A DNA stretch of 64,000 bases, taken from Antedon mediterranea (taxonomy: Eukaryota > Animalia > Echinodermata). The translations under genes were made by a program, and so were the position numbers. This document shows positions 40,093 through 52,100 of this stretch, in pieces. Within the stretch, counting starts at the first letter, position 1, and each line of letters starts with the position of its first letter. Below the pieces are notes generated by a model. That model had not been told where the DNA came from, did no database searches, and was given only the letters and a program-made list of their open reading frames with translations. The stretch lies in the NCBI RefSeq assembly GCF_964355755.1, contig NC_092679.1:2758201-2822200 (forward strand), written 5' to 3'.

Positions 40093-42087
40093 CTACTATG
40101 ATCCAATGAAATATATTGTATTTTGACCTACTTAAACTTTGGCGGTTCCATTGGGTCCTTCTGTGCCTCTACCATTCTGATGACACGTTGTTTTGCTCCA
40201 GAATTAAAAGATACTCCTTGTTGAGATGGTGTGTACCTGAATAAAAAAACACAGAATTGATTAAATTTATTAATTTATACTAAACCTTACAGCGAGAGTA
40301 ACCATTGTAGATGGTCTCAAAATGTTCAAGGCCTAGCTTACAAGGTAGTAGATTGTCTCAAAGGGTTTAAGGCCTAGCTTACAAGGTTTATCTTTTCAAT
40401 TGAATTAAACTACATTATTTTTTACCGAATATACTGGGCTGGAGCTTGCTTCTCAGCTGCTCTTACAGGCATAGCTGCTGATATTTTACTTTGAACAAGT
40501 TTCTCTAGAGCTTGCCGTGTCTTCTCGGTTGTCTATATAAATTTAAAGAACCAACAATATGTAATTAACATATATTTATTGATTAATAATAGTATTTGAC
40601 TAAAGCTCTGTCTACACTATCAAACGTTATGTGACAACAAAATGTGATGTGCCCATATATGGACATGATGGTGTCATATCACTACCATATTTGGTCATAT
40701 CACTACCATATTTGGACATATTACTATCATATTTGGGTTCGAGGTTATCTGTACCATACTAATTGCATACTTGGGCAAGATGCTTTACTCTCATTGCCTA
40801 ATCTGGTAGGCGCTGCACTGCTGGCTGCCGTGGGTCCGTGGAGGGCCTAATCCGAATTTCCTCACTGAGGACAAATATTAATACAAAATACAAAAATACA
40901 AATATTTGGGTACATCTCCAGCCATGATAACATTAATACTTTCTTACTTCTTGTATTTGTTCTTCATCTGGAATTTGTAAATCGGGATCATCCTCTGCTG
41001 GCACACCTTTGACAATTGTGTCTTGAAACTTAGAAAACACAATCTAACAAAACCAATACAACAGTGTTAATACATTATCTATTAAGTGCATTCTTTTGTT
41101 TTTATTTTCCAAGTTTAAACCCATTATTTATTAATTAAATGCTGAATTTTGATTAAAAAAATGTATGTATGTTAACTGTTACCTTATCTTTGCCATGTCC
41201 TTGTCTTGCTATAGCATCATACCGGACTTTGCCTTCAGCATCTACTGTTTTAGCCAAGGCATTGCCTGCGGACTTCTTTCGCCCCATATTAAGCGGGTAC
41301 TGAGCAACAGGTATTTCGGGAAAAGCACCACCATCAGCAAAGTCCTACATACATGAAAAGAAAAAGTGGAATAGAAGAATTATTTATTCATTTCTGTACT
41401 GTTTTTTTTTATATAGAGGAACATAATTTTTTCAAAAGTCAGATTACTACAACACTTTCAATACTTGCCATTGCTGATCGGGGAATCCATCCTTTACGAT
41501 GTCCATACGGAGGGGCAGCATTCTTCGAAACAGATACTACATTCAACTGAAAAAAACCAAAAACAAACATACTGTAACATCATCATGTTGATGGTGATAT
41601 TATTATTAGAAATGTACAGTTTTGTTTTATTATATATTAGGTTATATTAAATTTTAAAAACAAACCTTCCTCGAAATCCTTTCTTCGTCGACAAAGTCAT
41701 CATGAGTCCGCTGAATGGGTGGCGGAAGGATACTGAAAAAAAGAAAAACTTATTTTTAGAAACAAAAACTCATTTTTCTGAGTAAAAACATACATTATAA
41801 CTTGTAATTAGGCCTAGGCTATACAAAGTACAAGTAATAAATATAATTTTATATCATAAAACACTACCGGTCTCCACCGGGCGTTGGTCATCAGTGCGAC
41901 CCCCGCTGGATACTCAAAAAGGCGGCAGTCAGGACAGGAGGACCCTGTCCCTGCCTGGTGGCTAGGCCTAGCTTTTAAAGTAATATCTGGGAGGATAGAT
42001 ATACAAATCAAGTAATCACACATGGACTACTACTATAAATATGCGATCATATGGTTAAAATATTACTTACTCCGCGAGAGATACCAT
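37204..42087 (-). CDS. SNW1: SNW domain-containing protein 1 (SKIP/Prp45 splicing factor)
   Basis: Multi-exon. Motifs YGHRKGWIPR, DFADGGAFPEIPVAQYP, YIRYTPSQQG, DPMEPPKFK, GPPSPPAPVMHSP, IPPCISNWKNQKGYTIPLDKRL, INENFAKLAEALYIADRKAREAVE, QYDLQFDQRLFNQ, DPFGLDKFL. Start exon 42087-42071, stop at 37204-37206. Confidence 0.96.
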
Positions 42088-43156
42088 AATATACTGTTTT
42101 TAACGTATTTCTTCGAACACAATTATCTAACTTCGCGTTTTCGATCAACTTCACACTTTGTGCTTCCGTGAGTGACCTGAATTGACCTATAACTAAAAGT
42201 GTAAAAATCGTAAATTACAATGATAATATTAGGAACAAGGTAACAATAACTTCATAATTAAATAATATATAGGCTAATACTTTATATTTATTTATTATTT
42301 AAGTATTTTTTATAAGTAATTATTTGTTAAATGTAAATTTGTATTTTAGATAATGTGGCTAAAAGTTTGAGCAGACAGTCTGAGAACAGGGATTTGAGAT
42401 TAGAATGGAGCTCAATGGTTTTGTTTTGTTGTGTCAAAACTCATAAAATATTAGACAAAATAATTGAAAAGGCCTAGGTAGTTCACATAGAACGATTTAC
42501 TAATTATATTTGACTTAGATAGCACATCTAATGAGATGGTTATGTAATGTTAGAATAGGAATACCCAACCCAGGTCTAGGCCTAGCTGGCTAGTTTTATT
42601 AGTCATGAAGGTACCTCCAAGAATTAGTTTAGTCTTTAAAAGCTGTTGTTCTAGCTAGGCCTAGACTCAATCTACCCAAGGTTAAAGCAGAGGAATATCC
42701 TTGGTCAAAGATTTACAATCTAGGCTACTTAGTAATAGTCTATTACTAAAGTATTGGCCTAGCTATGGTATAATCTTAGGGGATATTAATTATTTTAAAT
42801 GTCGAATCATTTGATTCATGTTTTAGCCTCTGAATAATCTGAATTTGGAAAATATTTTAAAATATTTTATTTTCTTTACATGAATGAATTATTTATGAAT
42901 TATTTTATAATTAATTACTGTATAAATGTGTCATTTTTTTCTATTGGTTTATAATATCAAATAAGATAATGAAATATAATTAATACTAGTAATAGTATAT
43001 AAAGGTTTTAACATTTTAAAATTTCCTCATCTTTATCGTTTCAAATTAATTAATTAAATTTCAGTATATCACCGGGCGGTTTAGAATTAATGTTCTTTGC
43101 CTGATTTGTTTATATATTTAATTAGAAAATTTATTATTTTCTTTTAATACCAGACC

Positions 43157-46100
43157 ATGACTTCTAAGACGGCAATGATTATAAGGGATCTGAGAAATTC
43201 AAAAAGTTTATTCCGATGGTTTGTTGGTGGTTCAATTGTCTCGATTGCTGTCATTGGTTATCAGGAACGAAAAAAACCCGGAAAACTAGAGGTTTATTCC
43301 ATATTTGGTGCTGTTAGATTTGGCAGAGCTTTTGCAACTGTAAGTGACATTGTTAAATTTCATATTTCACTCCTTATTTGGCTAAATTTTTTATTCAATG
43401 TACCTAGGTAACTAATAAATTAAACAAACTTCTTTTAATTCTGGAGCAAAACAATGTGTCATTAGAATGGTCGATAAACTAATTTATTTCAAAATCATAA
43501 TATCTAACTTTTATGTCTTAGTTACATATTTTACTTTCCATAATTATTATTACCATGGAGGTATACCTCCACGTTATTACTATACTATATTACATTTTTC
43601 ATTGAATATTTTTAATAGAGGACCCTAAATTATCCGATTCTACTGGATAAATACATTTAAAAATTTAACGTTTACTCCAAAGCTAGTTGACTGAATTGCA
43701 GACTAAAAACTGAACTAAAAGAGTTGTTAAACTTTAGCATTCAATGGTATAGTAACTGTATATAACATTGGTTTATTTTCAGGCAACATCAATTGTAGTT
43801 GATTACAAATTGTCATTGTTTGGCAAAGAATCTAGTACACCTGATTATCAGTTTGTAAAGAATGAGGTAAGAACAGTATCTCAATTTAGATATTATTAGG
43901 TTGGTTTTGTGGAAGTTGCTAATTTTTTTTTTTTGTTGTATGATTTTTTATATGGATTTACTATCTGAAATAAAGAAATAAATGTGTTATTATTATATTT
44001 TCTACAGTGTACCAATAGCCACTTTTATAAATATCTGTTGCAATTTATTTGTTATTTATTAACACTGTACAAGCCATCTCAAAAAATAATTTCTTTTATT
44101 TTCAGGTCCACCTTCGATCGGCTAAAAAGCTTTACAAACTATGTTGTAAGAATGGCGGAGTCTTCATCAAAGTCGGACAGCACCTGGGGGCGCTAGATTA
44201 TCTGCTTCCAAAGCAATATGTCAACACGCTAAAAGTTCTTCATGATGATGCTCCGCAGTCTCCATTTCAGGACATCATAAAGTTGGTGAAAGAAGACTTG
44301 AAAAATGTGAGTGATTCTAACTTTCTTTCAAAATATGTTTGAAATTCAAATTATTAATAGTTAAATTTCATTTTTTTTAGGCTGAAAAAATATTCAAAGA
44401 TTTTTCACCAGAGCCCATTGGCGCAGCTTCGTTAGCACAGGTTCATAAAGCAACTTTGATGGATGGTACGCAAGTAGCGGTCAAAGTTCAACATCCAAAG
44501 GTCAAGAAATACTCTGAAGTTGACATGAAAACTATAAGTGTAAGATCATAGGTTATTTCTTCTCCTGTTAATGACACGATGTGACCCTTAGGGGAGAAGA
44601 ATGTTGTTGAGAAGGTGTAATATCTAAGTCCACAGCGCTCTGATCTTCATGAAATAGCGCTATATAAATGTCACATTACTGTACATTACTGTAATTGTAT
44701 ACTAAATATATTATGATATATTTAGTTATTTTATTAACATTACTGTGTTATTTTTTCATTTCCCAGTTTCTTCTGAACACAGTTGCATGGTTTTTTCCGG
44801 AGTTTGAATTTTTATGGTTAAGTGACGAGATGAACAAAAACCTCCCATTGGAGTTGGACTTTGTGAAAGAGGGAAAGAATGCGGAAAAAGTTGACAAACT
44901 TTTAGGACATTTTGATTTCCTTAAAGTATGTAAAATAATTAACATTTTAAATTCACTGACATTGTGTTGTAGTGTCTACTACTGGGTACAGGTATTTGTG
45001 TAAAGGTCATTGACATGTTGTTAACTTCCAGGTTCCCAAGATACATTGGGATTTGACGACTGAAAGAGTACTAACAATGGAGTATTGTGACGGAGGAAGA
45101 GTAAATGATTTGACATTCTTGAAACAGAATGCTATAGATATAAACCAGGTATGATAATAATGCAATAGGATTCTATTAGAAAAAGAGGTTATTGGGACCT
45201 GCTACTCTACTAATAGCCATGGAACTATTAATTTCAAAATTTAAACTTTTCGCCAATTTATGTGGTGTAGAGACTTGCTAATTGGAATTTATGTCTTACT
45301 TATTCTATTCATATTCATACACACTTATTGAAAACTAAAAATCTGTTTTCTATTTTTATTATGTGTATGTTTGCCCATGTACAATGTAATGTTATTTGAA
45401 AACTCAGCCCGAAAGCCCTTTTTTAGCTTATTAGAGTATCCACACATAACAAGGTTTTTTCTTATGATTGTAAATCATAAAATGAATGAATTGTTAATGG
45501 CTGACCTCAACAAACAATGTCACCTTTTGTCAAACCTCTCATCGTTAAACTTTAGCATTCAATGGTATATTGAAGTAACAGGTATTATATAACACCTATA
45601 TAAATTCCTGTCATTTGATTGGACGAATGTGGGTCACATGGCGTGCAATAGTACGCACTATTCAACGATCGTTAAATAGTACTTTTTGAAACATTTTTGT
45701 GTACGAAAAAAAAACGTCTAGATGTTATATAAAACAAATAATGAATGTTTTGTATTCGTGTAATGGTACAAATAATGGCACTTGGTGAATGATGAAAGGT
45801 TATATCAACTCGGCTTTGCCTCGTTGATATAACCTTTATTCATTCACCTCGTGCCATTATTTGTACCATTGCACTCATAAACATTCATTATTTGTATATT
45901 ATAGTAACTGTATATAACATTGGTTTATTTTCAGGCAACATCAATTGTAGTCGATTACAAATTGTCATGTTTGGTAAAGAATCTAGTACACAAACTAGTG
46001 AAACAATAAAATGAATGAATTGTTAATGGCTGACCTCAACAAACAATGTCACCTTTTGTCAAACCTCTCATCCAATTGTGAAAGTATGAACTAAGCACAT

Positions 46101-47313
46101 ATATAATTGTCTTAGGTTACAAGAGATCTTGGCAAGCTGTACAGTGAGATGATTTTTGTTCATGGATTTGTTCATTGTGATCCTCACCCTGGCAATGTGT
46201 TGGTGAAAAAGAACAATACTACTGGACGTCAAGAGATAGTGTTGCTAGATCATGGACTTTATCAGGTATAATAATAGTAACCCAATCCAATCAACACCCT
46301 GTTTACACTTCTTTCTCCATGCACACATTTTATTAGCCAGAATAGCGATAGGGTATGTGGTTGATTGTGTGTTTTGTCAAACTAGTTTGATAGTGTAGAC
46401 ATAGCTTTAGTTAGCAAGACTACTCAAAAAGTTATTCCCCGATTTTCATAAGATTTTAAAGAATGCTTTCATAGCTGTAAATTTTGCGCTCTCTGAGTGC
46501 CCTTCCAGTTACACATTAAATTAAGCAAGTTATTCTCATGAACACAAGCACTTTTGTATATCTCCAATCGATTTATTTTCTAGATTTTAACAAACGAATT
46601 TCGACTAAATTATGCCAACCTATGGCAATCACTGATAGCGGCAGACATAGAAGGCATCAAAACGTACAGCCAGCGTCTAGGAGCTGGTGAACTTTACCCC
46701 CTATTTGCGTGTATGATTACAGCGAGGTCATGGGCTGTTGTGACCCATGGAATCGATCAAGTGGAAAGGTCAAATGTAGAGGTAACCATTGATTTAATAT
46801 CAGTGTTTAAGATTTATAATATACTGTATAGTTATACAGTATTTACAATAACAATCATTGAAATAAAGAAAGTTATTATAAAATGAATAAAATAGACAAA
46901 AAATAAACTGTTTTTTTTTTAAATTTCAGGATAATCTGATTAAAGCTAGCATTGTTGACTATTTCCCACAAATTTCACATTTATTAAATCAAGTACCGCG
47001 ACAAATGCTACTACTTCTCAAAACAAACGATCTCTTACGCGGTATAGAATACACGCTACAAGTCCGTAAAGATGCCAGCTCTTTTATAAACATGTCTCGC
47101 TGTTGTGTACGTGCTGTCGCAATTGATCAACTCAATCATTGTAATGGATGGCGATGTTATGTACGAATATTCATGAATGCAAATTTTAGTCTGTTTAAAA
47201 TACGGGTGTATGAATTGGCAACGAGAGTCCTATCACTTCCTGTCTTTCAATATATACAGAATAAGTTTTGGAAGAAAGAACAACTTGTAATAACTGCAAG
47301 TGATATATTATAA
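43157..47313 (+). CDS. ADCK1: AarF domain-containing kinase 1 (ABC1/UbiB atypical kinase)
   Basis: Exons approx. 43157-43339, 43783-43866, 44106-44306, 44381-44538, 44767-44926, 45032-45148, 46116-46265, 46584-46781, 46930-47313. Motifs VHLRSAKKLYKLCCKNGGVFIKVGQHLGALDYLLP, ASLAQVH, VAVKVQH, ELDF, HCDPHPGN, LLDHGLY. Confidence 0.94.
45544..45991 (+). pseudogene. Intragenic duplicate of ADCK1 coding exon 2 (partial, frameshifted)
   Basis: Matches 43726-43841 including the acceptor. It has a 1-nt deletion (ttgtcatgtttgg vs ttgtcattgtttgg) and no donor. Confidence 0.85.
45570..45900. mobile_element. Non-autonomous element with a long internal hairpin in an ADCK1 intron
   Basis: Imperfect palindrome at about 45735-45893 centred on ctcggctttgcctcg; it interrupts a duplicated ADCK1 segment. 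Confidence 0.65.
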
Positions 47314-47907
47314 TGACGGTGAAATGCTTCCAATTTGTTTGTAGGCGTTTCATTGCTATGTTCAAGGTACTCTACACAGATGAATATATACCCAGAAGAG
47401 GGTATGCAGTTATAGTAGATATATTAATGTCACTTTATTAAAGGATGCTAGGCTAGTTCTTCAAACAATTTGTGAAAGATGTATGAGAATTTCGAAAGTA
47501 TTTATATAATTATTAAATTAAATATAATGTTTAAAATTTTTTTAAATAATTCCATTTTAATAAAGATTAATATCATTATCTGTCTCAATGTGTTTCTTTT
47601 ATTCAAATATTAGATAAATATGTGTTTTACAGCTGAAACCATTTGTACATAAAATATAGTTTTAAGTTTTAGTCCCATTGGGCTTATAACTGAGGGCCTT
47701 AATAGCAGACAGCACTCTAATATAATATGTATTCATAGCACATATTGTTCCTGTTGATACCACAGTATAAGGCTCTGCCTACACTATCAAACTAGATTGA
47801 AAAAATGTGATGTGCCCAAATATGGTAGTAATATGACCTTATGTTTATATATGGGAACATCACATAAAGTTTGACAGTGTAAGTGTGAGCTTAACATCTA
47901 CAGATCT

Positions 47908-48895
47908 TCATGATCCATCTTCATTTAATAACATGTTTGGAATGCCGTTGCTTACTGGGAACTTCCGTCCACTTTCTGGGCAGACAAGGTTTCCCTCCAC
48001 TAGTTCAATCTGCAAAGAAAAAAAAATGTTTAGATTAAGCAATGCTTTATTATAACCCATAGGCTATTGAGTTAGAATTGGTTTTATAAAAATTAAGTTT
48101 TTACCTCTAATAATACTCTATGAACTTCTTTCAAAAACTCTTCATTACTTTCAAACTCGGCAATCGGTTCTGGAGGGAGTGAGCCAACCAACTCCAACTG
48201 CAAAAACAATCATGCAAATATTTAGTACAAATACAGTAAAGAACAATAAACACCTGTGTCACAGTGCATTTCGGCCGCCAGTCATTTCGGCCGCCGGTTA
48301 TGGAACGCCTAAAAACATGAAACGCCAAAAAGGACAAATTATATATTTTTCAGTTCGGCCGCCAGAATCATCAATATTGTTAATGTATGGCTTAGAGTGT
48401 TATCATTAACACAAATTTAATCAGTAAGATTTGTGAGCATTTGTAGTTATATGTTTTGATGTTCAGGTGGTTTTCTGATGACTTACTGTCTTGGCAGCTT
48501 CGTAGAGGGCTCTCCATTCCAGTTTTGGAATCATTCGCGAAACAAAATCTGGATTAAAATCAACTTCAACTGTTTTTACTTCTTGAGCCTTTTAGAAAAA
48601 TGTAATAATAATTAATACAATTATAAATATCTGTCAATTAAGATTGATCTTTTTTTTAGCCTAGGCCTACTCAGAAGAGACAATCCTTATATTCGACAGC
48701 AGTTGGAAGTGCACACAACCGGCAGTACAGCTGGCTGATGTATACACAAGTTTAGATCCTCTCTCTCTGCTGGGCCTAGAAAGATATTTGATTTTTAGCT
48801 ACAAATATACAAATAATTACCTCAATTTTTAATGGATAGCCATTACTAACACCCTTTACGTGAGATGTGAGCATATTATGAGTTAAAAGTTTCAT
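47908..48895 (-). CDS. TRMT112: Multifunctional methyltransferase subunit TRM112
   Basis: Four exons: MKLLTHNMLTSHVKGVSNGYPLKIE / EVDFNPDFVSRMIPKLEW / EEFLKEVHRVLLE / VEGNLVCPESGRKFPVSNGIPNMLLNED. Confidence 0.95.
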
Positions 48896-49159
48896 TTTTC
48901 TAATAATACTTAGCCTCATTAAATTGAACGTCAAAACTTCTTGTGTGTCGTGAATAAAAACACATGGCCGCTCAAAACAAAATTAAAAATGTCTTTTAAA
49001 TGGTACGGTACGCTAGCAGTGCCTTCTATTTCTATCACGATTTACCATACCCTAACAAAAAGGCAAAAAGGCACCCATGGCGTATCATAAATAATGCAAT
49101 TTGTGGATCAAAAAAGTGAGTCGCGCGAGTGTCAAAACAAAGATTTGGGGCACACAAAA
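48896..49159. promoter_or_regulatory. Bidirectional promoter region TRMT112/TBCE
   Basis: Divergent start codons only about 265 bp apart. SNW1/ADCK1 and AP4S1/STX5 are also head-to-head. Confidence 0.7.
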
Positions 49160-52100
49160 ATGAATGAAAATTCAGCAAATGTGGGAGATCGCATATGGAG
49201 TGATGGTGAAATTGGAACCGTTAAATATGTCGGAGAAGTAGAATCAACATCTGGTAAAAATGATGTACTTATTATTTGCTAAGAGTGACCTTAAAAGCTA
49301 GGCCCATCCTGTCTGTGACTCTCTGTCTGACTGAATGCCAAGAACATCAGAAGAGGGTGTCGCGGTCACAGTGCATATCGGCCGCCAGTCATTTCGGCCG
49401 CCGGTTATGGAACGCCTAAAAACATGAAACGCCAAAAAGGACAAATTATATATTTTCAGTTCGGCCGCCTGGCCAGAATCGTCAATATTGTTAATGTATG
49501 GAACGCCTTAATTGTCAAAACGTATACATGTGACTATTTGCCTGAATAGACGTGCGTATTCAAACAGCAAGCAATCAACAAAAACAGTCATACATTTTGA
49601 TTTGATTTGCATGGAGCTGCGCTATAAATATTTTACTATCATTCGCTGTCTTCTTCCTGAGCCCAACAACCTCTAACCCCTAAGTCGTGTAGAAATACTT
49701 TAGTTAAAACTACTAAACCAATCGGCTGTGTGATTTACACACGTCTATTCAGGCGATAGGCACATCTATACACCCTTTTTGACAATTAACGCGTGCCATA
49801 CGTTATTAACAATATTGACGATTCTGGCGGACGAAATGAACAATACATATTTTTTTTCTTTTTGGAGTTTCATGATTTTGGGCGTTCCATAACCGAAATT
49901 ACTGGCAGACGAATTGATCAGACACCGGTGTCGCATGGTGTGACTTTCGCCTAGCACTGCCAGTTGACTATCAAACTTTGGTGACTTTGGCCTAGGCCTA
50001 TATATAGTTTTAAATATTGTCAACTCTACTGGATTGTGGTTGTTTTCTTTTCTCTAGTATAGGCCTACAGTATATGCATTTTTATTTTTTTAATTAAAAA
50101 ATTATTTAAACATTTTAATTAGTATAGTAGGGGCCTATATGCGTTATTTAATATATTAATATGATAATTAAATTGTATTTATTTAAATAAAAGCATAGAA
50201 AAATGATGACAATCCGTTATAATTTATAACAGGTTTGTGGTTTGGAGTTGATTGGGACAACCAGGACAGAGGAAAGCATGATGGAACTCACAATAAGAAA
50301 AAGTACTTTGAAACTAAGTGAGTATAAAAATAGACACTCGGCAAAGACAGAAAAGGAACTAGGCCACGTTGTATCCCACAGAAAAAACCGAAAGATGATC
50401 CATTGATCCAAATTTTTTAAACAGTATTTTAACATATAAATATTAATAGTGTTTTAACATTGCCTTTTGAAATTTGATGTATTTTCTTTGTTGTTTTATT
50501 GTCTTAATTATACCAAGCAAAACGAATTTCCATTTTAAAGTGGACTAACAACATTTCCTGAATCTGAATAAGAGCTGCGGCATGATTGATATAGAAAACA
50601 AGAATAACTCAATATGATTTGTATTTTAGATCACCTACAAGTGGATCTTTTGTTCGTCCCAAGAAAACTGTTCCTGGAGTATCGTTCTTGGCAGCCTTAA
50701 AGGAGAGATACATACCAGATGATATCCTAACAGGGGGCATTGACGAAGCTGAGATGTTTGTAGTTGGTGATGGGCAGCAAACCGCTGTAGAAATGGTTGG
50801 CGCCAAGTCTATAGTCCAAAGACAAAGGTATCTTATATATAGAAAAGAAAAACATTTTGCCACACATTGCGTGTCATACTTAATCTTGAATTAAAGTGCT
50901 GGCTGCTGGTGCTACATTTAAAAAACGACTAGAGATTTCTAGGTCAGTAAATAAGAGTAGCTTTTATAGACTAGTGTGACCAGACGTCAATATTATCATT
51001 GTTATTATGTTAAGCCATGTTTAAACTATCAAACTTTCTGTGACAAAAAATGTGATGTGCCCATATATGGACATGATAATGTCATTTCACTACCATATCT
51101 GGGCATGTCACTACCATATTTAGGCATGTCACTACCATATTTGGGCATGTCACTACCGTATTTGGGCACATCACACTACAGTACTCCATATATTTATTTA
51201 ATTTCAGCAACTTTGCCAGACTAAAGAATGCGGTACTTAGAGACTTGAAAATTAACCGATGCAATGAAGGTTCAGTTGTACGTCAATTGATCCCAAATGT
51301 CACAGAGATTGACCTTTCAAAAAACCTCATTAATTCACTTGAAGAAGTTGCGATGCTGGCGAACCAATTGCAGAATTTACAAGACTTGAAATTAAGGTAA
51401 TAAAGTAGTTAATTTTAAAGTTAGATAATTTTAATCAAAACATTAAACATTTAGTGTAAGTACAAAACCATAATGAAGATTTTTATTTTATGGAATTTGA
51501 AAATCGATTTACATGTCAGAGAGCAAATTTGTTTTCATTGTAAACATTTGTTTTAATTATTGGTAAACTTCAACATTTTAATAACGTTTTTTTTATTTCA
51601 GTGAAAACCGCTTCAGTCTTCCAAAAGATCCCAGGTCATTGAGGTCATCTTTCATAAATCTTCAAAATGTGTTCCTTAATTATGTCAACTTCACTTGGGA
51701 AGAGGTAAGTTTATTATTATTATTATTGTTTTGTTATTATTGTTTGTAAGAATGATGAGTGTAGATCGTCGTGAGGTGGTTTCCCGAATGATCGTAAAAT
51801 CAAAACGGTACTGGGTATGACCAACTAGCGTTATTGTCACCGGCTAGTCATCCATTCATAGAAGTACTAATGTAGTAGCCTACCTGTACGGTGACCATAG
51901 AATGTGACCCGAGGCATGACTAACTACAACTTTTAGATGATAGAAAGTTGAGAAAAAATGTTACGAGTAGATGTACGACATGAAGATGTTTATGAAATTA
52001 TGTCAATAATGTTTACACACTAGGCATACAAATAGTAATGTTTGTTAGTAAAAATAATTTTGAGTTAATAAGAATAAGATATAAGGAAGAAAAGCAAAGA

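Noticed and set aside
41866-41968. Hammerhead ribozyme or U12 snRNA assignment for the structured island
   Set aside because: CTGATGA is present on the minus strand but there is no GAAA core. The U12 5' branch-pairing sequence and a canonical Sm site are missing.
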